32,000 nucleotides of DNA from Trichodesmium erythraeum IMS101 (GCF_000014265.1 NC_008312.1:5850001-5882000), one strand, 5' to 3'. Numbered from the stretch's first letter, positions 10,767 through 19,220 are shown. Made by a program: numbers and translations. The notes: a model not told the origin generated them from the letters alone.

Positions 10767-10796
10767 TTGACAATTTTCCTAATAATATGATAGTAT
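10767..10796 (+). promoter_or_regulatory. Candidate promoter upstream of clpS
   Basis: The sequence reads TTGACA, an 18-nt spacer, then TAGTAT, about 155 nt upstream of the clpS ATG. This is a motif match only. Confidence 0.3.
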
Positions 10797-10952
10797 ATAG
10801 TTTAAATTAAATCGACCGCAAATGCCTGTGAAAGAGTTGTGGCCGGAAATAAAAGCCATTAGATTGGTGACGTATAAACTTTAGCAGGAAGTAAACATCA
10901 AATTGTCACTTATTGTGACCCTTTGTATTCAGTTTTATGAATCAGCAGTAGC

Positions 10953-11303
10953 ATGAGTCTTGGAATATCTATTATAGGAATTATAGAAAATATAGCAGTT
11001 AGAGGAGGGGCTAGTTCCCCTACAACTCTTGCTCCTAAAAAGGATAGTCAAGTTGTTAACAAGCCATATCCCAACTATAAAGTAATTGTTTTAAATGATG
11101 ATGTAAATACATTTAAGCACGTTGCTGAATGTCTACAAAAATATATTCCCGGCATGACCAGTGATCGTGCTTGGGAACTAACTTATCAAGTGCATAACGA
11201 AGGTCAGGCGATCGTCTGGGTCGGGCCTCTAGAACAGGCAGAATTGTACCATCAACAGTTGAGTCGGGCTGGTTTAACAATGGCCCCCTTAGAAAAAGCG
11301 TGA
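10953..11303 (+). CDS. clpS: ATP-dependent Clp protease adaptor ClpS (cyanobacterial ClpS2-like, 116 aa)
   Basis: The core YPNYKVIVLNDDVNTFKHVAECLQKYIPGMTSDRAWELTYQVHNEGQAIVWVGPLEQAELYHQQL matches recalled ClpS sequences. The exact start codon is uncertain. Confidence 0.9.
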   Translation: MSLGISIIGIIENIAVRGGASSPTTLAPKKDSQVVNKPYPNYKVIVLNDDVNTFKHVAECLQKYIPGMTSDRAWELTYQVHNEGQAIVWVGPLEQAELYHQQLSRAGLTMAPLEKA

Positions 11304-11788
11304 ACGAAGATTGTCGCTTTTAGGTTCAATAATATACATTAACAGGATCATTAGTCTCTATGCTTATCTAATCTATCTAGTAACTTTTTGAGTTACTAAA
11401 GTTGATCAGTTTACATCCCCCATTCGGTTGCTGTATCCCCCTTCCGGAAATAATATTTGTTTAATGGCACTTGAACTTCCGACTCAGGGACAAGCTTCCA
11501 ATAGGTTATGATTTCTTTTAAAATTAGCTTCAAATTTCTCCAAAAGATTTTGATTGGCTAGGTCTACGATAGTTTAGGCTGCTAAATAAAAAAAACTGTA
11601 TCGGCTTTATATTTTTGTATTCAATGATCGCCCTTTCAAAATTGTCTAAATCGTCAATATAGCCATAGACGATATTAATTTTATCCACTTCCCCTTTCTA
11701 ATTAGACTTTTGGCTGATATGATTGCCCATACTTAGTACAGTCAAATTTTAATCTTGATTCTCGATCCGAGATTGTTTGAGCATAGAA

Positions 11789-11805
11789 GGTGGGTTTTTC
11801 CCACC
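11789..11805 (-). terminator. Hairpin just downstream of the chlB stop codon (GGTGGG-TTTTT-CCCACC)
   Basis: A perfect 6-bp GC-rich stem lies 21 nt beyond the chlB stop. No clear U-tract follows on either strand, so terminator function is tentative. Confidence 0.4.
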
Positions 11806-11825
11806 CTAAAACTAACAAAAATTAA

Positions 11826-13352
11826 CTAGGCACCAACAGCTTCTTTTGCCGCATACATAACTTCCAAAGAAATATCCAGAATACCACGTTCTCTAGCAAA
11901 CTTTTCTGTATTTCGCTTCACTTTACCCCTTACAAAACCAGGGACTTTATTCAACTCTGCCTTTGCTTCCTTCATCCAATTCAAATCAGAATCAGCAGAA
12001 ATTCCTTTATGAATAACCTCCTTAGTATCGTGTCCGCCAAATATTTCTAATAGATGATCTTCCATTCCCAAAGTAAAGGAATTATAAACCAAGTCAGCAA
12101 TTTGATTAGTACCTTCATAACCCATAAACGGTTTATAACCAATGGGGAAATTCTGAATATGAATAGGTGCAGCAATAACACCACAAGGAATATCTAAACG
12201 TTTACCAACATGACGCTCCATTTGGGTACCAAAAATTGCCGAAGGTTCCACACGAGCGATCGCATCTCCAATCTCCCCATTATCCTCACTAATGATAACC
12301 TGATCACAATATTCACTCACCTGTTCCCGAAACCAGTCAGCATCATACTTACAATAAGTACCTGCCCAAACTACATGAATACCCATTTCCCGCGCCAAAA
12401 TCTTCGTCATAGCAGCAGCATGAGTATTATCACCAAATACCACCGCTTTTTTACCTGTTAAATTTTGACAGTCAATGGAACGAGAAAACCAAGCTGCTTG
12501 AGAAACATGCAAAGTTTGATTATCAATAAACTCCTCATAGTCAACATTAGCACCTTGAGCATTAACCACCTGCTGAATTTTCCGAATACAACGAGCAGTT
12601 TCCACCACACCCATAGGTGTTATATCAATATAAGGTGTGCCAAACTCAGACTCTAAATATTCAGCTGCCATTAACCCTATTTCTCGATAAGGTATAAGGT
12701 TAAACCAAGCACGAGGCAGATTTTTTAAATTGTGAACCGAAGCACTTTCAGGAATGACTTCATTAACTTCAATACCTAAGTCTGCCATCAATCGTTTTAA
12801 CTCAGTGCAGTCATGTTGGTTATGGAAACCAAGGGTAGAAATACCAATAATATTTACAGAAGGTTTCTCAGTTTTTCCTTCTGGAAGGTCCCCTTTCTTT
12901 TTCGCTTTTTTAATATAAAATTTAACAATTTGCTCCAAAGTACGGTCTGCTGCTTGTAACTCATTGACACGATAATGATTAACATCTGCCAACATTACAT
13001 CACCTTTAGTATCCTGTGAAGCACGTTCAACAAAATTTTCTAAGTCTTCTTGCAAAATGCTAGAAGTGCAGGTGGGAGTAAGAACAACTAAATCTGGAGT
13101 TTCTTCTCTATCTTTGCGGATGATGTTATCTACTACTTTTTCCTGGGAACCCCGCGCCAATACATTCCGGTCAACTACACTGGCAGTCACAGGGGTATAA
13201 TTTCTTTCTCTTTCTAACATGGAACGCATGACATTAAAGTAGTCATCTCCAAGGGGAGCGTGCATAATGGCGTGAACGTTTTTAAAAGAACTGGCAACAC
13301 GCAATGTACCAATGTGAGCCGGGCCTGCATACATCCAGTAAGCTAATTTCAT
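11826..13352 (-). CDS. chlB: Light-independent protochlorophyllide reductase subunit B (508 aa)
   Basis: The N-terminus [39 protein letters not shown] and the overall length are typical of ChlB/BchB. Confidence 0.97.
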
Positions 13353-13867
13353 ATAATTTTCTCCATTTTTTCATTAACAATTATGAATTTGTTTCTTTGA
13401 TTGTCTCAAGTTTTGATATTAATTTAACGGGACTTTTTGAACAATCTTTTTTTAGGTTATTTTATTAACTAGAAACTTAAGTTTCTCAGTAAAATAATAA
13501 AATTTTGTTTTCTTTAAGTATTTTTAACTTTTAAGTTAAATTGTGTTAATTGAGGACAGAAAAGCTTGACATTTTTTAGGTTTAGATATAGAAAATTGAG
13601 TCTTTTTATAAAATATATGTAAAGTTCTGATATTTAATTATAGGGGATAGTTTTTTAACTTAATTATTGTTGATTTTTTTTTAGTTTGGATATATTTAAG
13701 CATTGAGCTATTGAATGTTTACCTAAAACTATTACCTCGCTATTCCCAAATAAGTATTTAGGGAAAAGTCTAATAGGCAAGAGGAGAAATATACTTACTA
13801 AAAGTAAACTATATTTTTGACTTTATTCGGGTAAAATTAAGGATAAAAAATTAGGTTAGGAAATATA

Positions 13868-14548
13868 ATGATTGAACAACAACCAGAAGATATTCAAGAA
13901 AAAGTAAAGAAGTTGGCAACTGAATCACAAAAAACAAATCCCACTGGATGGTTTGATGTTTTATATTCTGAAGCTGAAGGTAATGCTGGAAAAATACCTT
14001 GGGCGCGTTTAACTACACATCCCTATCTACAAAAGTGGTTAGATATTTCTAAACTACAAGGAAAAGGACGCACTGCTTTAGTGATCGGATGTGGTCTGGG
14101 GGATGATGCAGAAGCTTTGGCAAAGTTGGATTTTCAGGTGACGGCTTTTGATATTTCAACTAAGGCGATCGCTTGGTGCCAGGAAAGATTTCCTAATTCT
14201 TCAGTTAACTATTTAGTTGCTGATCTGTTGGCTTTAGATGCTCAATGGCATCGTAAATTTGATCTAGTATTGGAGTCGCGGACTATTCAGGCTTTGCCAA
14301 TAGAAATGCGATCGCAAGTTATTAAATCTATTGTTCCTTTAGTGGCAAGTGGGGGTACACTTTTGGTAATTACTCGCATACGGGAGTATGATGCTATGCT
14401 TGATGGTCCTCCTTGGGCTTTATCAGAGAAAGAACTTGGCGAATTTATTAACTTAGGGTTAAAAGAAGTTCAGCGGGATGTATTCTTATCGGAAGTGGGG
14501 GAAAAGAAGATTAAACAAGTTTGCATTGAATATTGTTTGAAGACTTAA
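13868..14548 (+). CDS. Class I SAM-dependent methyltransferase (226 aa)
   Basis: Motif I is present (ALVIGCGLGDDAEAL), followed by an acidic residue after beta-2 (FDIS) and post-I/II motifs (VADLL, FDLVLES). The substrate is unknown. Confidence 0.8.
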   Translation: MIEQQPEDIQEKVKKLATESQKTNPTGWFDVLYSEAEGNAGKIPWARLTTHPYLQKWLDISKLQGKGRTALVIGCGLGDDAEALAKLDFQVTAFDISTKAIAWCQERFPNSSVNYLVADLLALDAQWHRKFDLVLESRTIQALPIEMRSQVIKSIVPLVASGGTLLVITRIREYDAMLDGPPWALSEKELGEFINLGLKEVQRDVFLSEVGEKKIKQVCIEYCLKT

Positions 14549-14749
14549 AAAAAAATTGACGTTTTTGAGATAGGAGTTAGAAGTTGAGGATACTTTGGTT
14601 TAGCAAAAAGGATTTGATCCCTACACCTGACTCCCTGTTGCCTTTTTTACTATAACTATTTTAAATGTTTGATTATTGGAGATGAACTAGAAGCCATAGA
14701 ATAAAAAGCAAAGAAAAATTTGCTACTCATTTATAGTCTTTTATACTCA

Positions 14750-15617
14750 GGACTTATGCAAAGACAATGTATATAGTTCATGATAATTATTGAATTTATG
14801 GTGACTCTACAATTATTGTCTAGTCTTTCCGGAAAACAAAGCAAAAGTTTTGTAGAGTATAGATTTGACTAGATGGAATTGGATTTACCGGTACCTGGCT
14901 ATGGCACTGTAATATCCGATCGCTTGGCAAAACTGAATGTTCAAGTGCAATTTTACAAAATTAATGAACCCCTTCATTTAGTAGTAAATTATACAAGAGT
15001 GAAAGTTTATGGGGGAAGACCAAGGAAGACAAGAGTTCATGGTGTCAGTAAACGGCGTACATGGCGTAAATTACATCTGGGAGGGTAGGAAACCATGTGG
15101 GAGCGAGGTAGTGGGGTCGTGAATACTAATGATATAAGTGATGACCAAGTATTTTCTGAGCTGTTAGGTGGACTAGATGGATAAATAGCCTAAGTATTAG
15201 GAGACGGTCCATAAGAAAAGTATAAGTGTTAGGAAAAAGCTAGGTGACCAGGAGCAAAAGCAACAGTTCCACCAAATACAAATGAGGTAATAAGTCAACT
15301 AGGTAATTAAAGCCTACCTGATCCCAGAGATGAAAGCCTACCTCAGCAGAATCAGAAAAGTAGGACCCCGGAAATGGAAACGTAAAGCTACCATCGACCT
15401 TCCCTATATGAAACTAATTATGTTTAGGCTCAAAGTGATATTTGGAGAGAAGTTACGAAGACTCAAATTTGATGCTCAGGCAGTGGAGTTATCCATACAA
15501 TGTGCCATGATAAACCTTATGATTCGAATAGGTAAACCTAAAAGCTATATGGGTTGAAATCTAGCTAATTTCGAGTCAAGGGGTTGGCTGAAAACCCAAA
15601 TTTCATGCAACAAGGCC
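14750..15617 (+). mobile_element. Decayed IS5-family insertion sequence (IS903-like group), internally deleted
   Basis: The right end, reverse-complemented, reads GGCCTTGTTGCATGAAAT and resembles the IS903 terminal repeat GGCTTTGTTGAATAAATC. A weaker left-end match, GGACTTATGCAAAG, starts at 14750. The interior encodes broken transposase fragments. I saw no target-site duplication, and the left boundary is uncertain. Confidence 0.6.
14873..15557 (+). pseudogene. IS903-like DDE transposase pseudogene (multiple stops and frameshifts)
   Basis: Fragment 14873-15088 (LVVNYTRVKVYGG...HGVSKRRTWRKLHLGG) parallels IS903 IDSTGLKVFGEGEW..HG..RRR.WRKLHLAVD. Fragment 15330-15557 (WKRKATIDLPYMKLIMFRLKVIFGEKL...AQAVELSIQCAMINLM) parallels its C-terminal WKW..YNRRSIAETAMYRVKQLFGG. 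Several stops and frame changes lie between the two fragments. Confidence 0.75.
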
Positions 15618-15622
15618 TAACA

Positions 15623-15650
15623 AAATCAATGAAATGAAATCAATGAAATG
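15623..15650. repeat. Short tandem repeat, 14-nt unit aaatcaatgaaatg x2
   Basis: Read directly from the sequence. It begins 6 nt after the IS right end. Confidence 0.8.
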
Positions 15651-15667
15651 GACCAGTGATAATACAC

Positions 15668-15696
15668 TTGACATAAGGATTCAAATGCTTTAACAT
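15668..15696 (+). promoter_or_regulatory. Candidate sigma70-type promoter for the 96-aa Lys-rich ORF
   Basis: The sequence reads TTGACA, a 17-nt spacer, then TAACAT, about 125 nt upstream of the ATG at 15822. Confidence 0.4.
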
Positions 15697-15821
15697 CATT
15701 TTATAGTACAGAAAAATTTGTATTGCTTCTAAGTCAATAATTTTTTGTACAAAACATGATCACAAAACAGTAACTTAGTGTATAGTGTAAAATAATTCTG
15801 TATACAAGGAGAATTATAAAT

Positions 15822-16112
15822 ATGGCCAGTGACAAGAAGAAAGCAAAGTCAGTGACTGTCTTGCGTAGTGATAGTGACTTTGGTGGTAGTCCAGATAAAA
15901 TATCTGGTGGAAAGAGCAAGAAGAAAAAGAAAAAACAGTCTCTAGGAATGGTAGAGAAGCCGATCTTTAATCTTGCTAAGCAATTTGATAAAGTAACTAC
16001 TACATACCGGGACTCTCACGAAAATTCTAATTCCAAGAAAAGGGATGGTTGGATTAAAGATTTGCCTAAAAATACTACAAAGGCTCTAGGTAAATTTAAA
16101 ATTCCATTCTAA
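15822..16112 (+). CDS. Small Lys-rich basic protein of unknown function (96 aa)
   Basis: An AAGGAG Shine-Dalgarno sequence lies 8 nt upstream of the ATG, and a candidate promoter lies further upstream. The product has a KSKKKKKKQ tract and a C-terminal motif SKKRDGWIKDLPKN. I cannot confirm any homolog. Confidence 0.55.
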   Translation: MASDKKKAKSVTVLRSDSDFGGSPDKISGGKSKKKKKKQSLGMVEKPIFNLAKQFDKVTTTYRDSHENSNSKKRDGWIKDLPKNTTKALGKFKIPF

Positions 16113-16215
16113 GTTCCATTCTCCTTAATAAGGTTAAAAGAAAACCTACTCTATTATGAGTAAGTATGAGAGAGTAATACTATCAGCCCTAATCTAAAAA
16201 AACAGCACCAGCTAA

Positions 16216-16517
16216 GATAAATAACTATACTGCTCGAGTAGTATTAGTAAAATAAAAACTTGAAATAATAAGAACTGTATATCTTATTTTATTATCTCCT
16301 ATACACTATATTTATGTATGGAGTGCTTGATATAAATAAGATATTTTTACTGAAATCAGTGACTTTGATAAATAACTATGCTGCTCGAGTAGTATTAGTA
16401 AAGTAAAAACTTGAAATAACAAGAACTGTATATCTTATTGTATTAGCTCCTGTACACTATATTTATGTATGGAGTGCTTCATATAAGTAAGATATTTGTA
16501 CTAAAATCAGTGACTTT
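16216..16517. repeat. Tandem direct repeat, 2 x 151 bp, about 93% identical
   Basis: Copy 1 (16216-16366) and copy 2 (16367-16517) align without gaps and differ by 10 substitutions by my count. No long ORF is present. Confidence 0.9.
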
Positions 16518-16842
16518 GCTTAAGTCATGTTATGGTCTTAATCTTAGGTTGGTATAATTTCAAGTGTTTTAAAAGCTTTATTTATAAGTTGCATAAGAAA
16601 TTGTGATTGATATTATCTTGCGTGTTAGTTATTTTATCCCTTGATAATGTTACACTCAGTATAGCAATCAGAGAAGAAAGAAAAAACCTATAAGTCTAAG
16701 TACTACAATTTAAGTAAATTGTTTATTTATCTTGTAGTTAACTGCTAAAGTATTAAGTAAAAAAATACTAAAATCGAAATCAAGAATTTAGTATAAAAAT
16801 TCAACTGCAATCTCTAAAAATATTTTAAAAATATTTTGATAT

Positions 16843-16993
16843 AGGGCAAACGCATCTGATAGGTCTACTGTAGTTAATTATCAATAGACTACTGTTAACT
16901 GTACTAACTGTACTAGTTGACTATATCCCAATATATATGTATATAGTGTTTAGCATTATGTGACAAACACTCTATGTTGGATGCGTTTGCTCT
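16843..16993. repeat. Inverted-repeat-bounded ~150-bp element (MITE-like or long-range RNA stem)
   Basis: Arms AGGGCAAACGCATC (16843-16856) and GATGCGTTTGCTCT (16980-16993) share an 11-bp perfect core. They enclose 123 nt containing internal direct repeats (taactgtac x2) and sub-hairpins. Confidence 0.7.
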
Positions 16994-17043
16994 TTCCTGT
17001 TATGCTACTTCCAGAGTAGATTTTGGAATAGGTAGTATTTAAC

Positions 17044-17358
17044 TAAAAAATTTGATGAGGAGAAATCAAAAATGGTAATGTCAGGAGAAAGAATAGGTAT
17101 GGATCAAAACGCAAATACTATTATTATGACAATGTCAGCAGACAGCGACGATATTAAGGATCTGCGTCGTGGTGAAGGTAAGTTATTCAAGAAAATAAAG
17201 TATCAAATAGAAGAAATCAAAAATGATTCTTCTGAAGTGGATGAAAAAATACAACCTATAATTGTCATTTTCAAACAGAAATAGAGAAGGAGGATTATTA
17301 GGTTAAGAAATTAAGATTCAGAGTAGTTGTTAACCAAGAGTAATTCGGAAAATCTACT
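17044..17358 (+). repeat. Small-protein cassette copy A (conserved 5' leader + 70-aa ORF + conserved 3' block)
   Basis: It shares with copy B the leader TAAAAAATTTGATGAGGAGAAA. It also shares the 3' blocks ATTAGGTT, AGTAGTTGTTAAC and AGTAAnTCGGAAnAnCTACT. Confidence 0.8.
17072..17284 (+). CDS. Small hypothetical protein, paralog A (70 aa)
   Basis: A GAGGAG Shine-Dalgarno sequence lies 9 nt upstream. The product is roughly 40-45% identical to the ORF at 17650 by hand alignment. Shared features are NTII, a GxGK(L/V)F motif and a QPI-hydrophobic-K-rich C-terminus. Confidence 0.6.
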   Translation: MVMSGERIGMDQNANTIIMTMSADSDDIKDLRRGEGKLFKKIKYQIEEIKNDSSEVDEKIQPIIVIFKQK

Positions 17359-17621
17359 AAAAAAAAAAGACTCCTTTTAATCTTGCTTCAAGTTTTGGAG
17401 AGTTCATTCCTTGATTCAGTAACGCCAAAGAATCAACAAAAAGTCAAATCTTCTATAGGTGAGGACTACAAAAAATGTGCCTAGTTACTAAAAAAATTAG
17501 TTGAAAGCATTGCCTAAGAATGGTCGCTTTGAATTAACTATTTTAGTAAATATGTTAGTCCGCGGAGGGCATTCATATCCGAAATTAGAGTTTCGATTGT
17601 GAATCAGTGATAGCATTCAAT

Positions 17622-17927
17622 TAAAAATTTTGATGAGGAGAAAGAAAACATGGTAAAATCTCAAGAAACTGCAGTCCAAGAAGCGAACACCATTATTCTT
17701 GAACTTTCAGGAGATAAGGACGACTATAGTGAATTGATTAAAGGAAAAGGCAAGGTATTTGACAAACTGAGGCGAACAATTACCAAACTTAAAGATCAAG
17801 GTGAAATTTTAGAAGATGCACAACCTATATGTGTGGTAGTTAAAAAGAAAAGATAAAGATGATTAGGTTGATTAATAGATTGAGATTTACAGTAGTTGTT
17901 AACTCATAGTAACTCGGAACAGCTACT
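17622..17927 (+). repeat. Small-protein cassette copy B
   Basis: This is the second copy of the cassette described at 17044, offset by 578 bp. The roughly 260 bp between the two copies is not repeated. Confidence 0.8.
17650..17856 (+). CDS. Small hypothetical protein, paralog B (68 aa)
   Basis: A GAGGAG Shine-Dalgarno sequence lies 9 nt upstream. It is a paralog of 17072-17284 (ANTIILELSGD..GKGKVFDKL...AQPICVVVKKKR). Confidence 0.65.
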   Translation: MVKSQETAVQEANTIILELSGDKDDYSELIKGKGKVFDKLRRTITKLKDQGEILEDAQPICVVVKKKR

Positions 17928-17939
17928 TAGAAAGAAAGA

Positions 17940-17961
17940 ATACCCTTTTTTTTAAGGGTAT
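17940..17961 (+). terminator. Perfect 8-bp hairpin ATACCCTT-TTTTTT-AAGGGTAT after cassette B
   Basis: The palindrome was read directly from the sequence. The T-run sits in the loop rather than after the stem, so terminator function is uncertain. Confidence 0.35.
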
Positions 17962-18026
17962 CTAAAATAACTCAAACAAAAAATAAATCAAGCACCTCAG
18001 ATAAACAAGGAATTGAAATATACCAA

Positions 18027-19220
18027 GTGAAGATACTATTAGTCTGTACAGAAAAATTACCAGTACCTTGTATACGAGGTGGAGCTATTCAAACATATAT
18101 AGATGGTATTTTACCTTACCTAAAACGAGAGCATGAAATTACAGTGTTCTCAGTGGCAGATCCAGAACTACCAGATAGGGAAACTAGAGAAAATATTCGC
18201 TATGAACGTGCCGGTAGAGAAAGTTCTGAGGAATACTATCAAGCTGTAGCAAATTTTGTAGCAAATAGACAATTTGATTGGATAGTAATATATAATCGCC
18301 CTAAATATTTACCTATAGTGGCTAAGGCTGCCCCAAGTAGTCGCTTTCTACTGAGTATGCACAACGAAATGTTCCATGATAAAAAGATTGAACCTGAAGT
18401 TGCAACTGTATGTTTGGAGCGAGTAGAAAAAGTAGTCACAGTGAGTAAATTTATTGCTAATGGTATTTGCGAGTTATTTCCAGAATATAAACATAAGCTA
18501 CAACCTGTATATGCGGGAGTAGACCTGAAACGCTTTCAGCCTAAGTGGACAAAATTAGGAGAAGAAAAACGAAAAGAAATTTTGGCAGCTCATGGTTTAG
18601 AAGGTAAACAAGTAATCCTTTGTGTGGGTAGGTTAACAAATAAAAAAGGACCACATCTGTTAATACCTGCGATCACTAAAGTAATCAAAAAACACCCATC
18701 TGCTGTATTATTGTTAGTAGGTAGTAAATGGTATGGTAACAATAATGAAAATGATTATGTCCGTGAAATTAAAACGGAGGCAGAAAAGTTGGGAGCAGCA
18801 GTTCAGATGACAGGTTTTATTTCACCATCTGAAATTGCGGATTACTTTCTGTTAGGTGATATATTTATATGTGCATCTCAGTGGGAAGAACCTCTAGCTA
18901 GGGTACATTACGAGGCTATGGCAACTGGACTATGTACGATTACTACTGCCAGGGGGGGAAACCCTGAAGTAATTGTTCCAGGTAAAAATGGTATTGTAAT
19001 TACAGACTACGAAAACCCTGATGCCTTTGCTACTCAGATAGACTACTTATTGTCGAGACCAGAGGAGAGTGAAGAGATGGGAAGAACAGGACGCGAGCTA
19101 GCTGAATTACATTACAGTTGGTCAAGGGTAGCTTGGGATATTTTGAGTATTATTAATGACTCAAAATCAACGTCTTTAGAGAAAATGGGGTTAATAGAGC
19201 AAGCTCAGGAAGCTGGATAA
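18027..19220 (+). CDS. GT4-family (group 1) glycosyltransferase (397 aa, GTG start)
   Basis: The C-terminal Glycos_transf_1 signature is present: GRLTNKKGPHLL, and EEPLARVHYEAMATGLCTITTARGGNPEVIVPGKNGIV with the E-x7-E motif. The N-terminal half is GT-B-like. Confidence 0.85.
   Translation: MKILLVCTEKLPVPCIRGGAIQTYIDGILPYLKREHEITVFSVADPELPDRETRENIRYERAGRESSEEYYQAVANFVANRQFDWIVIYNRPKYLPIVAKAAPSSRFLLSMHNEMFHDKKIEPEVATVCLERVEKVVTVSKFIANGICELFPEYKHKLQPVYAGVDLKRFQPKWTKLGEEKRKEILAAHGLEGKQVILCVGRLTNKKGPHLLIPAITKVIKKHPSAVLLLVGSKWYGNNNENDYVREIKTEAEKLGAAVQMTGFISPSEIADYFLLGDIFICASQWEEPLARVHYEAMATGLCTITTARGGNPEVIVPGKNGIVITDYENPDAFATQIDYLLSRPEESEEMGRTGRELAELHYSWSRVAWDILSIINDSKSTSLEKMGLIEQAQEAG

Noticed and set aside
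11400-11745. Minus-strand reading frames between clpS and chlB (MGNHISQKSN*KGEVDKINIVYGYIDDLDNFERAIIEYKN... and ...AIKQILFPEGGYSNRMGDVN) that look like a small gene broken by an in-frame stop and a frameshift.
   Set aside because: I cannot assign the fragments to any family. Without a homolog, the pseudogene call would be speculation.
12210-12656. Two plus-strand ORFs (83 and 63 aa) opposite chlB.
   Set aside because: They are antisense shadows of chlB, and the proteins are low-complexity.
15734-15919. A 61-aa minus-strand ORF overlapping the 5' end of the Lys-rich ORF.
   Set aside because: The plus-strand ORF has a strong SD and a candidate promoter. The minus ORF has neither and would read through that SD.
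16216-16517. Whether the tandem repeat is a CRISPR array.
   Set aside because: There are only two contiguous 151-bp units with no unique spacers between them. The unit is far longer than CRISPR repeats, and no cas genes are in the window.
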